This document shows positions 8,666-20,736 of a stretch of DNA of 32,000 nt, piece by piece; the first letter of the stretch is position 1; the number at the start of each line of letters is the position of its first letter. The notes beneath the pieces are model-generated. The model made no database searches. It had not been told where the DNA came from and saw nothing but the letters and a program-made list of their open reading frames with translations. Where the stretch lies: assembly GCF_052938775.1 (NCBI RefSeq), contig NZ_CM129038.1; one strand, 5' to 3'. Made by a program: the position numbers and the translations under genes.

Positions 8666-9979
8666 ATGTTTGATTACATCCTGTCTCTCGGCGGTACCGT
8701 TTTCGTCCCTATCATCATGATCGTGATTGGCCTTATCTTCCGCATCCCCTGGCTGCAGGCGATTAAGGCAGGGGTAACGGTTGGGATTGGTTTTGTCGGT
8801 ATGGGACTGGTGATCGTCATGGCGATCGACAGCCTCAGTCCCCCTATCAAAGTGATGATTGAGCGTTTCGGCCTGGCCCTGCATGTCTTTGACGTTGGCG
8901 CAGGCCCTGCCTCCGGCGTTGGTTATGCGACAGCCATTGGCGCCATGATTATCCCAGTTATTTTTCTTCTCAATGTCGCCATGCTGGTCACCCGTCTGAC
9001 CAAAACGATGAACGTCGATATTTACAATTACTGGCACTACGCCATTACGGGTACGGTGGTCCAGCTTATGACCGGTAGCCTGATTTATGGTGTGCTGGGG
9101 GCAATCTGCCATGCGGCGCTATCGTTAAAAATGGCCGACTGGACGGCAAAACGGGTACAGAACATCGTCGGGCTGGAAGGTATTTCGATACCGCAAGGCT
9201 ACGGTTCCAGTTCAGTACCGCTTTTCGTTCTACTTGATGCTATCTATGAAAAAATCCCTTTCATGAAGGGACGCAATATCGATGCTCAGGAGATCCAGAA
9301 ACGCTACGGCATGGTCGGCGATCCGGTGATTATCGGCGTAGTGCTCGGTCTGATTTTTGGCCTGGCGGCTGGTGAAGGCTTTAAAGGTTGCGCCAGTCTG
9401 ATGATTACCGTTGCGGCAATCATGGTGCTGTTCCCGCGCATGATCCGCCTGATTGTTGAGGGCCTGATGCCCATCTCCGACGGTGCAAGAAAGTTCTTCC
9501 AGAAATATTTCAAAGGACGTGAAGTGTATATCGGTCTGGATACTGCTGTGACGCTGGGGCATCCAACCACCATTGCTGTCGGTCTGCTACTGATACCCAT
9601 TATGTTAATTCTGGCCAGCATTTTACCGGGCAACAAAGTGTTACCCCTCGCAGACCTGCCGGTAGCACCGTTCTTTATCTGTATGGCTACGGTTATCCAC
9701 CGCGGAGACCTGGTCAGGACGTTGATAAGCGGGGTCATCGTGATGATTACCGTCCTGCTGATCGCCACCCAGTTCGCGCCTTACTTCACTGAAATGGCGC
9801 TCAAAGGCGGTTTCAGTTTTGCCGGTGAAAGTGCGCAAATCTCAGCGTTGTCCGTGGGCAATATGTTCGGTTGGTCGATTTCTGAATTGATGTCGCTTGG
9901 GATTATTGGCGTTGTCGTGGCGGTCGGTATTGTCGCCAGCGTCGTGCTGTTCTTACGTAAACGTGAATTATCGGAATAA
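8666..9979 (+). CDS. sgcC: PTS galactitol-family EIIC permease
   Basis: 437-aa polytopic membrane ORF with AAGGAGG upstream. Confidence 0.9.
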   Translation: MFDYILSLGGTVFVPIIMIVIGLIFRIPWLQAIKAGVTVGIGFVGMGLVIVMAIDSLSPPIKVMIERFGLALHVFDVGAGPASGVGYATAIGAMIIPVIFLLNVAMLVTRLTKTMNVDIYNYWHYAITGTVVQLMTGSLIYGVLGAICHAALSLKMADWTAKRVQNIVGLEGISIPQGYGSSSVPLFVLLDAIYEKIPFMKGRNIDAQEIQKRYGMVGDPVIIGVVLGLIFGLAAGEGFKGCASLMITVAAIMVLFPRMIRLIVEGLMPISDGARKFFQKYFKGREVYIGLDTAVTLGHPTTIAVGLLLIPIMLILASILPGNKVLPLADLPVAPFFICMATVIHRGDLVRTLISGVIVMITVLLIATQFAPYFTEMALKGGFSFAGESAQISALSVGNMFGWSISELMSLGIIGVVVAVGIVASVVLFLRKRELSE

Positions 9980-9991
9980 GGAGTACTTTCA

Positions 9992-10798
9992 ATGAGTTGG
10001 CTGAAAGAGGTTATTGGGACGGAAAAAGCGGTCATCGCCATGTGCCATCTACGTGCATTGCCCGGCGACCCGAGTTTTGATGCGCAGTTGGGGATGAACT
10101 GGGTTATCGACAAAGCCTGGGACGATCTGATGGCGCTCCAAAATGGTGGGGTGGATGCAGTCATGTTCTCCAACGAGTTTAGTCTTCCCTATCTCACGAA
10201 GGTGCGTCCGGAAACCACTGCGGCAATGGCACGAATCATCGGGCAATTAATGAGCGATATCCGCATCCCGTTTGGCGTGAATGTTCTGTGGGATCCGGTC
10301 GCCTCATTCGACCTGGCGATGGCTACCGGCGCTAAGTTTATCCGCGAGATATTTACCGGTGCCTATGCCAGCGACTTTGGCGTCTGGGACACTAACGTCG
10401 GTGAGACCATCCGTCATCAACACCGGATTGGTGCAGGCGAAGTGAAAACCTTGTTCAATATCGTCCCAGAGGCCGCCGTGTATCTGGGCAATCGCGATAT
10501 CTGTTCTATTGCTAAATCGACAGTATTTAACAACCATCCTGATGCGCTCTGTGTTTCTGGCCTGACCGCCGGGACGCGTACAGACAGCGCGCTGTTAAAA
10601 CGGGTCAAAGAAACGGTGCCTGACACCGTCGTGTTGGCCAACACGGGCGTCTGCCTGGAAAACGTGGAGGAACAACTCAGTATCGCCGATGGCTGTGTGA
10701 CCGCAACCACCTTTAAAAAGGACGGCGTTTTTGCCAATTTCGTTGACCAGGCGCGAGTCAGTCAGTTTATGGAGAAAGTGCATCATATACGCCGATAA
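9992..10798 (+). CDS. sgcQ: BtpA/SgcQ-family TIM-barrel protein
   Basis: 268-aa ORF with AAGGAG upstream, in the sgc context. Confidence 0.88.
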   Translation: MSWLKEVIGTEKAVIAMCHLRALPGDPSFDAQLGMNWVIDKAWDDLMALQNGGVDAVMFSNEFSLPYLTKVRPETTAAMARIIGQLMSDIRIPFGVNVLWDPVASFDLAMATGAKFIREIFTGAYASDFGVWDTNVGETIRHQHRIGAGEVKTLFNIVPEAAVYLGNRDICSIAKSTVFNNHPDALCVSGLTAGTRTDSALLKRVKETVPDTVVLANTGVCLENVEEQLSIADGCVTATTFKKDGVFANFVDQARVSQFMEKVHHIRR

Positions 10799-10928
10799 GA
10801 TAGGGATAAGCAGAGCGCTTATCCCCGGCAAAGAGCAATAACCCTTCTGCGATCCCTGCCGCCTTCGTCAAAAGTATCGACGGGGATCGCTACCAGATTA
10901 ACCCGAATCGGCATGGAGTCAACGACGG

Positions 10929-11360
10929 ATGATTAACGATATTAAATGGGTACAGGCACAACGTGAAGCCACCGACTGGCGTCAGGCCGTGGAAATCGCC
11001 ACCCGCCCGCTGGTAGCCTATGGTGCCGCGCAGCCATGCTACGTTAATGGGATCATCGAAAATACCCTTAACTGGGGGCCTTATTATCTGATAGCCCCAG
11101 GAATCGCCTTGCCTCACGCCCGACCAGAGCAAGGCGCAAACTATAATCAGGTCAGTATCACCACGCTACGCACCCCGGTCGCCTTTGGTAACGAGGAGTG
11201 CGACCCCGTCTGGCTGCTTCTCTGCGTCAGCGCCACAGATGCCAACGCACATATTTTGACCATTCAGCGCATCAGCCAGTTTATTGATTCGCCACAACGC
11301 TTAGCGGCAGTGGGAAATGCCAGCACAGACGATGCACTGTTTGCGCTGGTATCAGGTTAA
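10929..11360 (+). CDS. sgcA: PTS EIIA component
   Basis: 143-aa ORF containing the EIIA-type GIALPHARPE phosphorylation-site motif. Confidence 0.88.
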   Translation: MINDIKWVQAQREATDWRQAVEIATRPLVAYGAAQPCYVNGIIENTLNWGPYYLIAPGIALPHARPEQGANYNQVSITTLRTPVAFGNEECDPVWLLLCVSATDANAHILTIQRISQFIDSPQRLAAVGNASTDDALFALVSG

Positions 11361-11371
11361 CGGAGGCGCTT

Positions 11372-12004
11372 ATGATCCTGCACCCTTCTCTCGCCAGCGC
11401 AAATCCTCTGCACTATGGTCGTGAGCTGACGGCATTGGACAATCTGGATTTTGGGAGCCTGCATCTGGATATTGAGGACAGCAGCTTCATTAACAACATT
11501 ACGTTTGGGATGAAAACGGTGCAGGCCGTCGCCAGACAGACGCCTCATCCCTTGTCCTTTCATTTCATGGTTGCCCGGCCACAGCGCTGGTTTAACGCGC
11601 TGGCTGAAATCAGACCCGCGTGGATCTTCGTTCATGCAGAAACGCTGGACTATCCTTCGGAAACGTTAACTGAGATCCGCCATACCGGCGCACGAGCCGG
11701 ACTGGTATTTAATCCGGCAACCCCGATCGACGCCTGGCGATATCTGGCGTCTGAGCTGGACGGAGTGATGGTGATGACCAGTGAGCCCGATGGGCAGGGA
11801 CAGCGGTTTATTCCCTCCATGTGCGAGAAAATCCAAAAAGTACGCACGGCTTTTCCTCAGACCGAGTGCTGGGCCGACGGTGGAATTACGCTGGCAGCTG
11901 CACAGCAACTGGCAGCAGCCGGGGCGCAACATATGGTGATTGGGCGCGCCCTGTTCTCTTCATCTGACTATCGCGCGACCTTAGCTCAATTCGCCACCCT
12001 GTAA
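11372..12004 (+). CDS. sgcE: Ribulose-phosphate 3-epimerase-family protein
   Basis: 210-aa ORF (MILHPSLASANPLHYGRE...HLDIED...) with CGGAGG upstream. Confidence 0.88.
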   Translation: MILHPSLASANPLHYGRELTALDNLDFGSLHLDIEDSSFINNITFGMKTVQAVARQTPHPLSFHFMVARPQRWFNALAEIRPAWIFVHAETLDYPSETLTEIRHTGARAGLVFNPATPIDAWRYLASELDGVMVMTSEPDGQGQRFIPSMCEKIQKVRTAFPQTECWADGGITLAAAQQLAAAGAQHMVIGRALFSSSDYRATLAQFATL

Positions 12005-12020
12005 GAGGAGATTGTTTCTG

Positions 12021-12803
12021 ATGAGCCAACAGAGACCTGACCGTATCAAACAGATGCTGCACTACCTGTGGCAACATCGTCACCTCTCCACACAGCAGGC
12101 CATGGAGCTTTTTGGCTATGCGGAAGCGACTGTCCGTCGTGATTTCCAGTATATTGCCAACCAGTATCCAGGCATGATCCGCGGTCACGGTTGCCTGGAC
12201 TTCGACGACAGTACAGACGACAAAGAGTACGTCTTCGACGTGAAACGTACATTGCAATCTGTGGCGAAAAGAGAAATAGCTGCCCTTGCCCGAACAATGA
12301 TCAAAGATGGCGACTGCTTTTTTCTCGACTCCGGCTCAACCTGCCTCGAACTGGCGAAATACCTGGCCGATGCGCGGGTAAAGGTCATCTGCAACGACAT
12401 TAAAATCGCCAATGAACTGGGCTGTTTTCCCCATGTGGAAAGTTACATTATCGGAGGACTGATTCGCCCAGGTTATTTTTCGGTAGGAGAGAGTCTGGCG
12501 CTGGAGATGATCAATGCCTTTTCCGTAGAACGTGCGTTTATCTCCTGCGATGCGCTGTCGCTGGAGACGGGGATCACCAATGCCACCATGTTTGAGGTCG
12601 GGGTGAAAACACGGATTATTCAACGCTCGCGTGAAGTTATTCTCATGGCCGATCACTCAAAATTTGATGCCGTTGAGCCGCATGCTGTAGCAACACTATC
12701 ATGTATTAAAACGATCATCAGTGACAGCGGGTTACCTGAGACTATTGCACAGCGTTATCAGCGAGCCGGATGTCAGTTGTTTTTACCTCATTCAATAAAG
12801 TGA
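12021..12803 (+). CDS. sgcR: DeoR-family transcriptional regulator
   Basis: ORF 12012..12803. The ATG at 12021 is preceded by AAGAGGAG and gives 260 aa with an N-terminal HTH and a DeoR C-terminal sugar-binding domain. Confidence 0.88.
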   Translation: MSQQRPDRIKQMLHYLWQHRHLSTQQAMELFGYAEATVRRDFQYIANQYPGMIRGHGCLDFDDSTDDKEYVFDVKRTLQSVAKREIAALARTMIKDGDCFFLDSGSTCLELAKYLADARVKVICNDIKIANELGCFPHVESYIIGGLIRPGYFSVGESLALEMINAFSVERAFISCDALSLETGITNATMFEVGVKTRIIQRSREVILMADHSKFDAVEPHAVATLSCIKTIISDSGLPETIAQRYQRAGCQLFLPHSIK

Positions 12804-12993
12804 TAAGTAAGTTCGTTCGAGAGGGATTTCAAGCAAAAATAATCAATGGCACCCAATAGAAAATATTGGCGATGCGCTCGAACGAATAAAGAAGCCCTAT
12901 GCGCAATCCACACGCTACGATGTTGCAACAACACGCCATCTACTTTTTATTCTCATTCACTAAATGTGGTTGTTCTGGATTCATTATTCAAAG

Positions 12994-13009
12994 TGTGTAC
13001 AAGATCACA
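12994..13009. promoter_or_regulatory. CRP-like site in the sgcR-yjhI intergenic region
   Basis: aaaG-TGTGT-acaaga-TCACA-TTTaa compared with TGTGA-N6-TCACA (9 of 10, with A/T flanks). It lies about 100 nt upstream of the yjhI ATG. Confidence 0.4.
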
Positions 13010-13027
13010 TTTAATCACTTCATTACA

Positions 13028-13043
13028 GTTCAGCATGCTGAAC
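13028..13043. promoter_or_regulatory. Perfect 16-bp palindrome, candidate IclR-type (YjhI) operator
   Basis: GTTCAGCATGCTGAAC is its own reverse complement. It lies 63 nt upstream of the yjhI ATG and just downstream of the CRP-like site. Confidence 0.4.
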
Positions 13044-13105
13044 AAAGCATATTTTCCACTATGTAATGCCGATACCATTTATTCCATGAGCAAGAAGGAG
13101 CCATT

Positions 13106-13894
13106 ATGGTTCGCAAAGGGTGTAATTCATTAGTCCGTGCTGAAAAAATATTAACCCACATTGCATGGGTTGGTATGGCAAGTTATATGGAGTTATTAAA
13201 TAAATTCCAGTACCCCAAAAGCAGCCTGCTTAATTTATTGAATGTAATGGTGGAGTGTGGTTTCTTAATTAAAAACAAAAACGGCTACTATTCACTGGGA
13301 ATAAAAAACTACGAATTGGGTTGTCAGGCGTTACACCGTCAAAATATATTTGAGGTGACTAAGCGGCCAATGCAGGAGTTGTCGCTGAAAAGTGGACTGG
13401 TTTGTCATCTTGGGGCGATGGAGAGCATTTCGGCTATCTATCTCGACAAGATCGAAAGTCCGGACTCTGTACCGACGAGCAAAAGCTGGATTGGCAAAAA
13501 ACTTGAGTTGCATATTACCGCGTTGGGTAAGGCATTATTAGCCTGGAAGACACGAGAAGAACTGGATTATTTTTTAGAAGCACTCACGTTAACTCCACAT
13601 ACGCGCAATACATTTACCGATAAAAAATTGTTTCTGGAAGAATTACAAAAAACACGCCTTCGGGGATGGGCCATAGACAACGAAGAATCAACCTATGGGG
13701 CGGTATGTTTAAGTATGCCGGTATTCAATATGTATAACAGAGTTAACTATGCAATCTCACTTTCTGGCGATCCGGTAGTTTATTCAGGAAATAAGATAGA
13801 CAGCTATCTGGAATTGCTCCGGAAATGCGCTGAGCAAATATCATATGGGCTGGGATACAGAAACGAAAATGAGCATTTACGAAAAGGAAACTGA
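13106..13894 (+). CDS. yjhI: IclR-family transcriptional regulator
   Basis: 262-aa ORF with AAGGAG upstream and IclR-type HTH and effector domains, directly ahead of yjhHG. Confidence 0.88.
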   Translation: MVRKGCNSLVRAEKILTHIAWVGMASYMELLNKFQYPKSSLLNLLNVMVECGFLIKNKNGYYSLGIKNYELGCQALHRQNIFEVTKRPMQELSLKSGLVCHLGAMESISAIYLDKIESPDSVPTSKSWIGKKLELHITALGKALLAWKTREELDYFLEALTLTPHTRNTFTDKKLFLEELQKTRLRGWAIDNEESTYGAVCLSMPVFNMYNRVNYAISLSGDPVVYSGNKIDSYLELLRKCAEQISYGLGYRNENEHLRKGN

Positions 13895-13898
13895 GGTA

Positions 13899-14804
13899 AT
13901 GAAAAAATTCAGCGGCATTATTCCACCGGTATCCAGCACGTTTCATCGTGACGGAACCCTTGATAAAAAGGCAATGCGCGAAGTTGCCGACTTCCTGATT
14001 AATAAAGGGGTCGACGGGCTGTTTTATCTGGGTACCGGTGGTGAATTTAGCCAAATGAATACAGCCCAGCGCATGGCGCTCGCCGAAGAAGCTGTAACCA
14101 TTGTCGACGGGCGAGTGCCGGTATTGATTGGCGTCGGTTCCCCTTCCACTGACGAAGCGGTCAAACTGGCGCAGCATGCGCAAGCCTACGGCGCTGATGG
14201 TATCGTCGCCATCAACCCCTACTACTGGAAAGTCGCACCACGAAATCTTGACGACTATTACCAGCAGATCGCCCGTAGCGTCACCCTACCGGTGATCCTG
14301 TACAACTTTCCGGATCTGACGGGTCAGGACTTAACCCCGGAAACCGTGACGCGTCTGGCTCTGCAAAACGAGAATATCGTTGGCATCAAAGACACCATCG
14401 ACAGCGTTGGTCACTTGCGTACGATGATCAACACAGTTAAGTCGGTACGCCCGTCGTTTTCGGTATTCTGCGGTTACGATGATCATTTGCTGAATACGAT
14501 GCTGCTGGGCGGCGACGGTGCGATAACCGCCAGCGCTAACTTTGCTCCGGAACTTTCCGTCGGCATCTACCGCGCCTGGCGTGAAGGCGATCTGGCGACC
14601 GCTGCGACGCTGAATAAAAAACTACTACAACTGCCCGCTATTTACGCCCTCGAAACACCGTTTGTCTCACTGATCAAATACAGCATGCAGTGTGTCGGGC
14701 TGCCTGTAGAGACATATTGCTTACCACCGATTCTTGAAGCATCAGAAGAAGCAAAAGATAAAGTCCACGTGCTGCTTACCGCGCAGGGCATTTTACCAGT
14801 CTGA
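13899..14804 (+). CDS. yjhH: 2-dehydro-3-deoxy-D-pentonate (xylonate pathway) aldolase, DapA/NAL family
   Basis: ORF 13845..14804. The ATG at 13899 is preceded by GAGGT and gives 301 aa (MKKFSGIIPPVSSTFHRDG...). Confidence 0.9.
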   Translation: MKKFSGIIPPVSSTFHRDGTLDKKAMREVADFLINKGVDGLFYLGTGGEFSQMNTAQRMALAEEAVTIVDGRVPVLIGVGSPSTDEAVKLAQHAQAYGADGIVAINPYYWKVAPRNLDDYYQQIARSVTLPVILYNFPDLTGQDLTPETVTRLALQNENIVGIKDTIDSVGHLRTMINTVKSVRPSFSVFCGYDDHLLNTMLLGGDGAITASANFAPELSVGIYRAWREGDLATAATLNKKLLQLPAIYALETPFVSLIKYSMQCVGLPVETYCLPPILEASEEAKDKVHVLLTAQGILPV

Positions 14805-14814
14805 GGAGAAACTC

Positions 14815-16782
14815 ATGTCTGTTCGCAATATTTTTGCTGACGAGAGCCACGATATTTACACCGTCAGAACGCACGCCGATGGCCCGGACGGCGAACTCCC
14901 ATTAACCGCAGAGATGCTTATCAACCGCCCGAGCGGGGATCTGTTCGGTATGACCATGAATGCCGGAATGGGTTGGTCTCCGGACGAGCTGGATCGGGAC
15001 GGTATTTTACTGCTCAGTACACTCGGTGGCTTACGCGGCGCAGACGGTAAACCCGTGGCGCTGGCGCTGCACCAGGGGCATTACGAACTGGACATCCAGA
15101 TAAAAGCGGCGGCCGAGGTTATTAAAGCCAACCATGCCCTGCCCTATGCCGTGTACGTCTCCGATCCTTGTGACGGGCGTACTCAGGGTACAACGGGGAT
15201 GTTTGATTCGCTACCATACCGAAATGACGCATCGATGGTAATGCGCCGCCTTATTCGCTCTCTGCCCGACGCGAAAGCAGTTATTGGTGTGGCGAGTTGC
15301 GATAAGGGGCTTCCGGCCACCATGATGGCACTCGCCGCGCAGCACAACATCGCAACCGTGCTGGTCCCCGGCGGCGCGACGCTGCCCGCAAAGGATGGAG
15401 AAGACAACGGCAAGGTGCAAACCATTGGCGCACGCTTCGCCAATGGCGAATTATCTCTACAGGACGCACGCCGTGCGGGCTGTAAAGCCTGTGCCTCTTC
15501 CGGCGGCGGCTGTCAATTTTTGGGCACTGCCGGGACATCTCAGGTGGTGGCCGAAGGATTGGGGCTGGCAATCCCACATTCAGCCCTTGCCCCTTCCGGT
15601 GAGCCTGTGTGGCGGGAGATCGCCAGAGCTTCCGCGCGAGCTGCGCTGAACCTGAGTCAAAAAGGCATCACCACCCGGGAAATTCTCACCGATAAAGCGA
15701 TAGAGAATGCGATGACGGTCCATGCCGCGTTCGGTGGTTCAACAAACCTGCTGTTACACATCCCGGCAATTGCTCACCAGGCAGGTTGCCATATCCCGAC
15801 CGTTGATGACTGGATCCGCATCAACAAGCGCGTGCCCCGACTGGTGAGCGTACTGCCTAATGGCCCGGTTTATCATCCAACGGTCAATGCCTTTATGGCA
15901 GGTGGTGTGCCGGAAGTCATGTTGCATCTGCGCAGCCTCGGATTGTTGCATGAAGACGTTATGACGGTTACCGGCAGCACGCTGAAAGAAAACCTCGACT
16001 GGTGGGAGCACTCCGAACGGCGTCAGCGGTTCAAGCAACTCCTGCTCGATCAGGAACAAATCAACGCTGACGAAGTGATCATGTCTCCGCAGCAAGCAAA
16101 AGCGCGCGGATTAACCTCAACTATCACCTTCCCGGTGGGTAATATTGCGCCAGAAGGTTCGGTGATCAAATCCACCGCCATTGACCCCTCGATGATTGAT
16201 GAGCAAGGTATCTATTACCATAAAGGTGTGGCGAAGGTTTATCTGTCCGAGAAAAGTGCGATTTACGATATCAAACATGACAAGATCAAGGCGGGCGATA
16301 TTCTGGTCATTATTGGCGTTGGACCTTCAGGTACAGGGATGGAAGAAACCTACCAGGTTACCAGTGCCCTGAAGCATCTGTCATACGGTAAGCATGTTTC
16401 GTTAATCACCGATGCACGTTTCTCGGGCGTTTCTACTGGCGCGTGCATCGGCCATGTGGGGCCAGAAGCGCTGGCCGGAGGCCCCATCGGTAAATTACGC
16501 ACCGGGGATGTAATTGAAATTAAAATTGATTGTCGCGAGCTTCACGGCGAAGTCAATTTCCTCGGAACCCGTAGCGATGAACAATTACCTTCACAGGAGG
16601 AGGCAACTGCAATATTAAATGCCAGACCCAGCCATCAGGATTTACTTCCCGATCCTGAATTGCCAGATGATACCCAGCTATGGGCAATGCTTCAGGCCGT
16701 GAGTGGCGGGACATGGACCGGTTGTATTTATGATGTAAACAAAATTGGCGCGGCTTTGCGCGATTTTATGAATAAAAACTGA
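14815..16782 (+). CDS. yjhG: D-xylonate dehydratase (IlvD/Edd family)
   Basis: ORF 14734..16782. The ATG at 14815 is preceded by GAGGAG and gives 655 aa (MSVRNIFADESHDIYTV...). Confidence 0.9.
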   Translation: MSVRNIFADESHDIYTVRTHADGPDGELPLTAEMLINRPSGDLFGMTMNAGMGWSPDELDRDGILLLSTLGGLRGADGKPVALALHQGHYELDIQIKAAAEVIKANHALPYAVYVSDPCDGRTQGTTGMFDSLPYRNDASMVMRRLIRSLPDAKAVIGVASCDKGLPATMMALAAQHNIATVLVPGGATLPAKDGEDNGKVQTIGARFANGELSLQDARRAGCKACASSGGGCQFLGTAGTSQVVAEGLGLAIPHSALAPSGEPVWREIARASARAALNLSQKGITTREILTDKAIENAMTVHAAFGGSTNLLLHIPAIAHQAGCHIPTVDDWIRINKRVPRLVSVLPNGPVYHPTVNAFMAGGVPEVMLHLRSLGLLHEDVMTVTGSTLKENLDWWEHSERRQRFKQLLLDQEQINADEVIMSPQQAKARGLTSTITFPVGNIAPEGSVIKSTAIDPSMIDEQGIYYHKGVAKVYLSEKSAIYDIKHDKIKAGDILVIIGVGPSGTGMEETYQVTSALKHLSYGKHVSLITDARFSGVSTGACIGHVGPEALAGGPIGKLRTGDVIEIKIDCRELHGEVNFLGTRSDEQLPSQEEATAILNARPSHQDLLPDPELPDDTQLWAMLQAVSGGTWTGCIYDVNKIGAALRDFMNKN

Positions 16783-16888
16783 AAGCATAAATAAAAACAT
16801 CCAGACACCTGAATTATCCGACTCTGCATCATTCGTTATTTGCTCAGTCGGATAATGATGGGTCGCTACCCTGTTATGAGAGGACGTT

Positions 16889-18238
16889 ATGCCACTAATT
16901 ATCGTTGTGGCAGGGATTGCTTTACTCCTGCTTTTAACCATAAAAATTAAGCTTAATACGTTTGTTTCGTTAATTATTGTCTCGATTGCTGTCGCCATCG
17001 CCAGTGGTATGGATTTGAGTAAAGTCGTCACCTCAGTCGAATCCGGGCTTGGCGGTACGCTGGGCCATATTGGTTTGATATTTGGCTTCGGTGTTATGCT
17101 CGGTCGCTTGCTGGCCGATGCGGGTGGTGCGCAGCGAATAGCGCTGACCATGCTGAATTATTTCGGGAAAAATAAACTTGACTGGGCAGTGGTCTGTTCG
17201 GCGTTTATTGTCGGTATCGCACTTTTTTTCGAAGTCGGTTTAATTCTTCTGGTACCTATTTTATTCGCTATTGCCCGTGAAGCAAAAATATCACCGATGT
17301 TTATGTGTGTGCCGATGCTTTCTGGTTTGCTGGTCGCACACGGTTTTTTGCCGCCGCACCCCGGCCCGACTGTTATCGCCAGGGAATATGGCGCTGATGT
17401 AGGATTGGTACTGATATACGGTATCATTGTCGGCATTCCAACCTTTATTCTTTGCGGCCCGGTATTGAATAAATTCTGCCAGCGCATTATTCCGGACGCC
17501 TTTAAAAAAGAGGGGAATATAGCCTCTCTCGGCGCGACCCGCCGATTCAGCGAAAGCGAAATGCCAGGCTTTGGGATCAGTTTTCTCACGGCAATGCTGC
17601 CGGTGATCCTGATGGCGGTTGTCACCATCATCCAGATGACTCATGCCAAAAGTGCCGCGGATTCTGGCTTATTTTACAACGTGATACTGTTCTTAGGTAA
17701 TTCGACGATCGCCATGCTGATTTCACTGCTGTTCGCGATCTATACCATGGGCCTGGGGCGCGGGAAAACAATCCCTGACCTGATGGATTCTTGCGGAAAA
17801 GCTATCGCGGGTATTGCCGGTCTGCTGCTGATTATCGGTGGTGGTGGTGCATTCAAGCAAGTTCTCATCGACTCTGGCGTTGGTCAGTATATTTCCACCC
17901 TGGTTTCGGGTATGGATATTAACCCGATCTTGATGGCCTGGGGCGTGGCCGCATTCCTGCGTATTTGTCTGGGTTCAGCCACCGTCGCGGCGATCTCTAC
18001 CGCCGGTCTGGTCATCCCATTGTTGGCAGTACATCCCAATACCAACCTGGCCTTGATTACGCTGGCTACCGGTGCCGGATCCTGTATTTGTTCTCACGTT
18101 AACGATGCCAGTTTCTGGATGATTAAAGACTTTTTTGGCCTGACCACCAAAGAAACGCTGTTATCCTGGACGTTGATGTCCACACTCTTATCCATCAGTG
18201 GGCTGATTTTTATTCTGCTCGCCAGCTTAGTTTTATAA
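16889..18238 (+). CDS. yjhF: GntP-family sugar-acid:H+ symporter
   Basis: 449-aa polytopic membrane ORF with GAGAGGA upstream. It is the last plus-strand backbone gene before the foreign block. Confidence 0.9.
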
Positions 18239-18388
18239 TCGGGTTCTTGCCAGTGAGCCAACCTGTTGTTCACTGTCCCCCATAATTTAGTGAGTGACGG
18301 CAACCGTCTGCACGGTGACGAATCGCTGGCGATCAAAAAGGGGCGATATTGAACCGTCGATTATGCTTGATGGGTGTACTCTCAGTAA

Positions 18389-18425
18389 TACTGTAAAGCC
18401 GGAGCATGTCTCCGACTTTACAGTA
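18389..18425. repeat. Near-perfect 16-bp inverted repeat (hairpin) in the yjhF-distal intergenic DNA
   Basis: tactgtaaagccggag (18389-18404), loop catgt, ctccgactttacagta (18410-18425). There is one mismatch and no T-tract on either strand. Confidence 0.6.
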
Positions 18426-18532
18426 TGGGGGAACAGCAGGCGATCGCTCAAATGGTATGCTGGTTTATTTCATGTAAAAGAATAAAATATCTGTATAAAA
18501 TCATGCCACTGGCAATCTGCATCAACTCTCCG

Positions 18533-19286
<754 letters not shown>

Positions 19287-19301
19287 CACCACTTTAATAT
19301 C

Positions 19302-20725
<1,424 letters not shown>

Positions 20726-20736
20726 TCATGAAGATA

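Noticed and set aside
8648-10173. Several 65-154-aa minus-strand ORFs inside sgcC/sgcQ (8648..9112, 9230..9562, 9304..9768, 9641..9838, 9781..10173).
   Set aside because: They are antisense shadows of a well-supported operon with matching gene order. Their products are low-complexity and they have no independent signals.
12812-12886. 10-bp inverted repeat (ttcgttcgag / ctcgaacgaa) after sgcR, considered as a terminator.
   Set aside because: The 55-nt loop and the absence of a T-tract make an intrinsic terminator unlikely. It could be chance or a protein site. The evidence is insufficient to call it.
12846-13133. 95-aa ORF filling the sgcR-yjhI intergenic region.
   Set aside because: It is AT-rich promoter DNA carrying the CRP-like site and the 16-bp palindrome. 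It overlaps the yjhI start, has no RBS, and has an odd Cys/Leu-rich composition.
18294-18485. 63-aa ORF in the DNA between yjhF and the insert.
   Set aside because: It has no Shine-Dalgarno and no recognisable motifs. It spans the 16-bp hairpin, and an overlapping antisense ORF (18094..18336) is equally unconvincing. Treated as non-coding.
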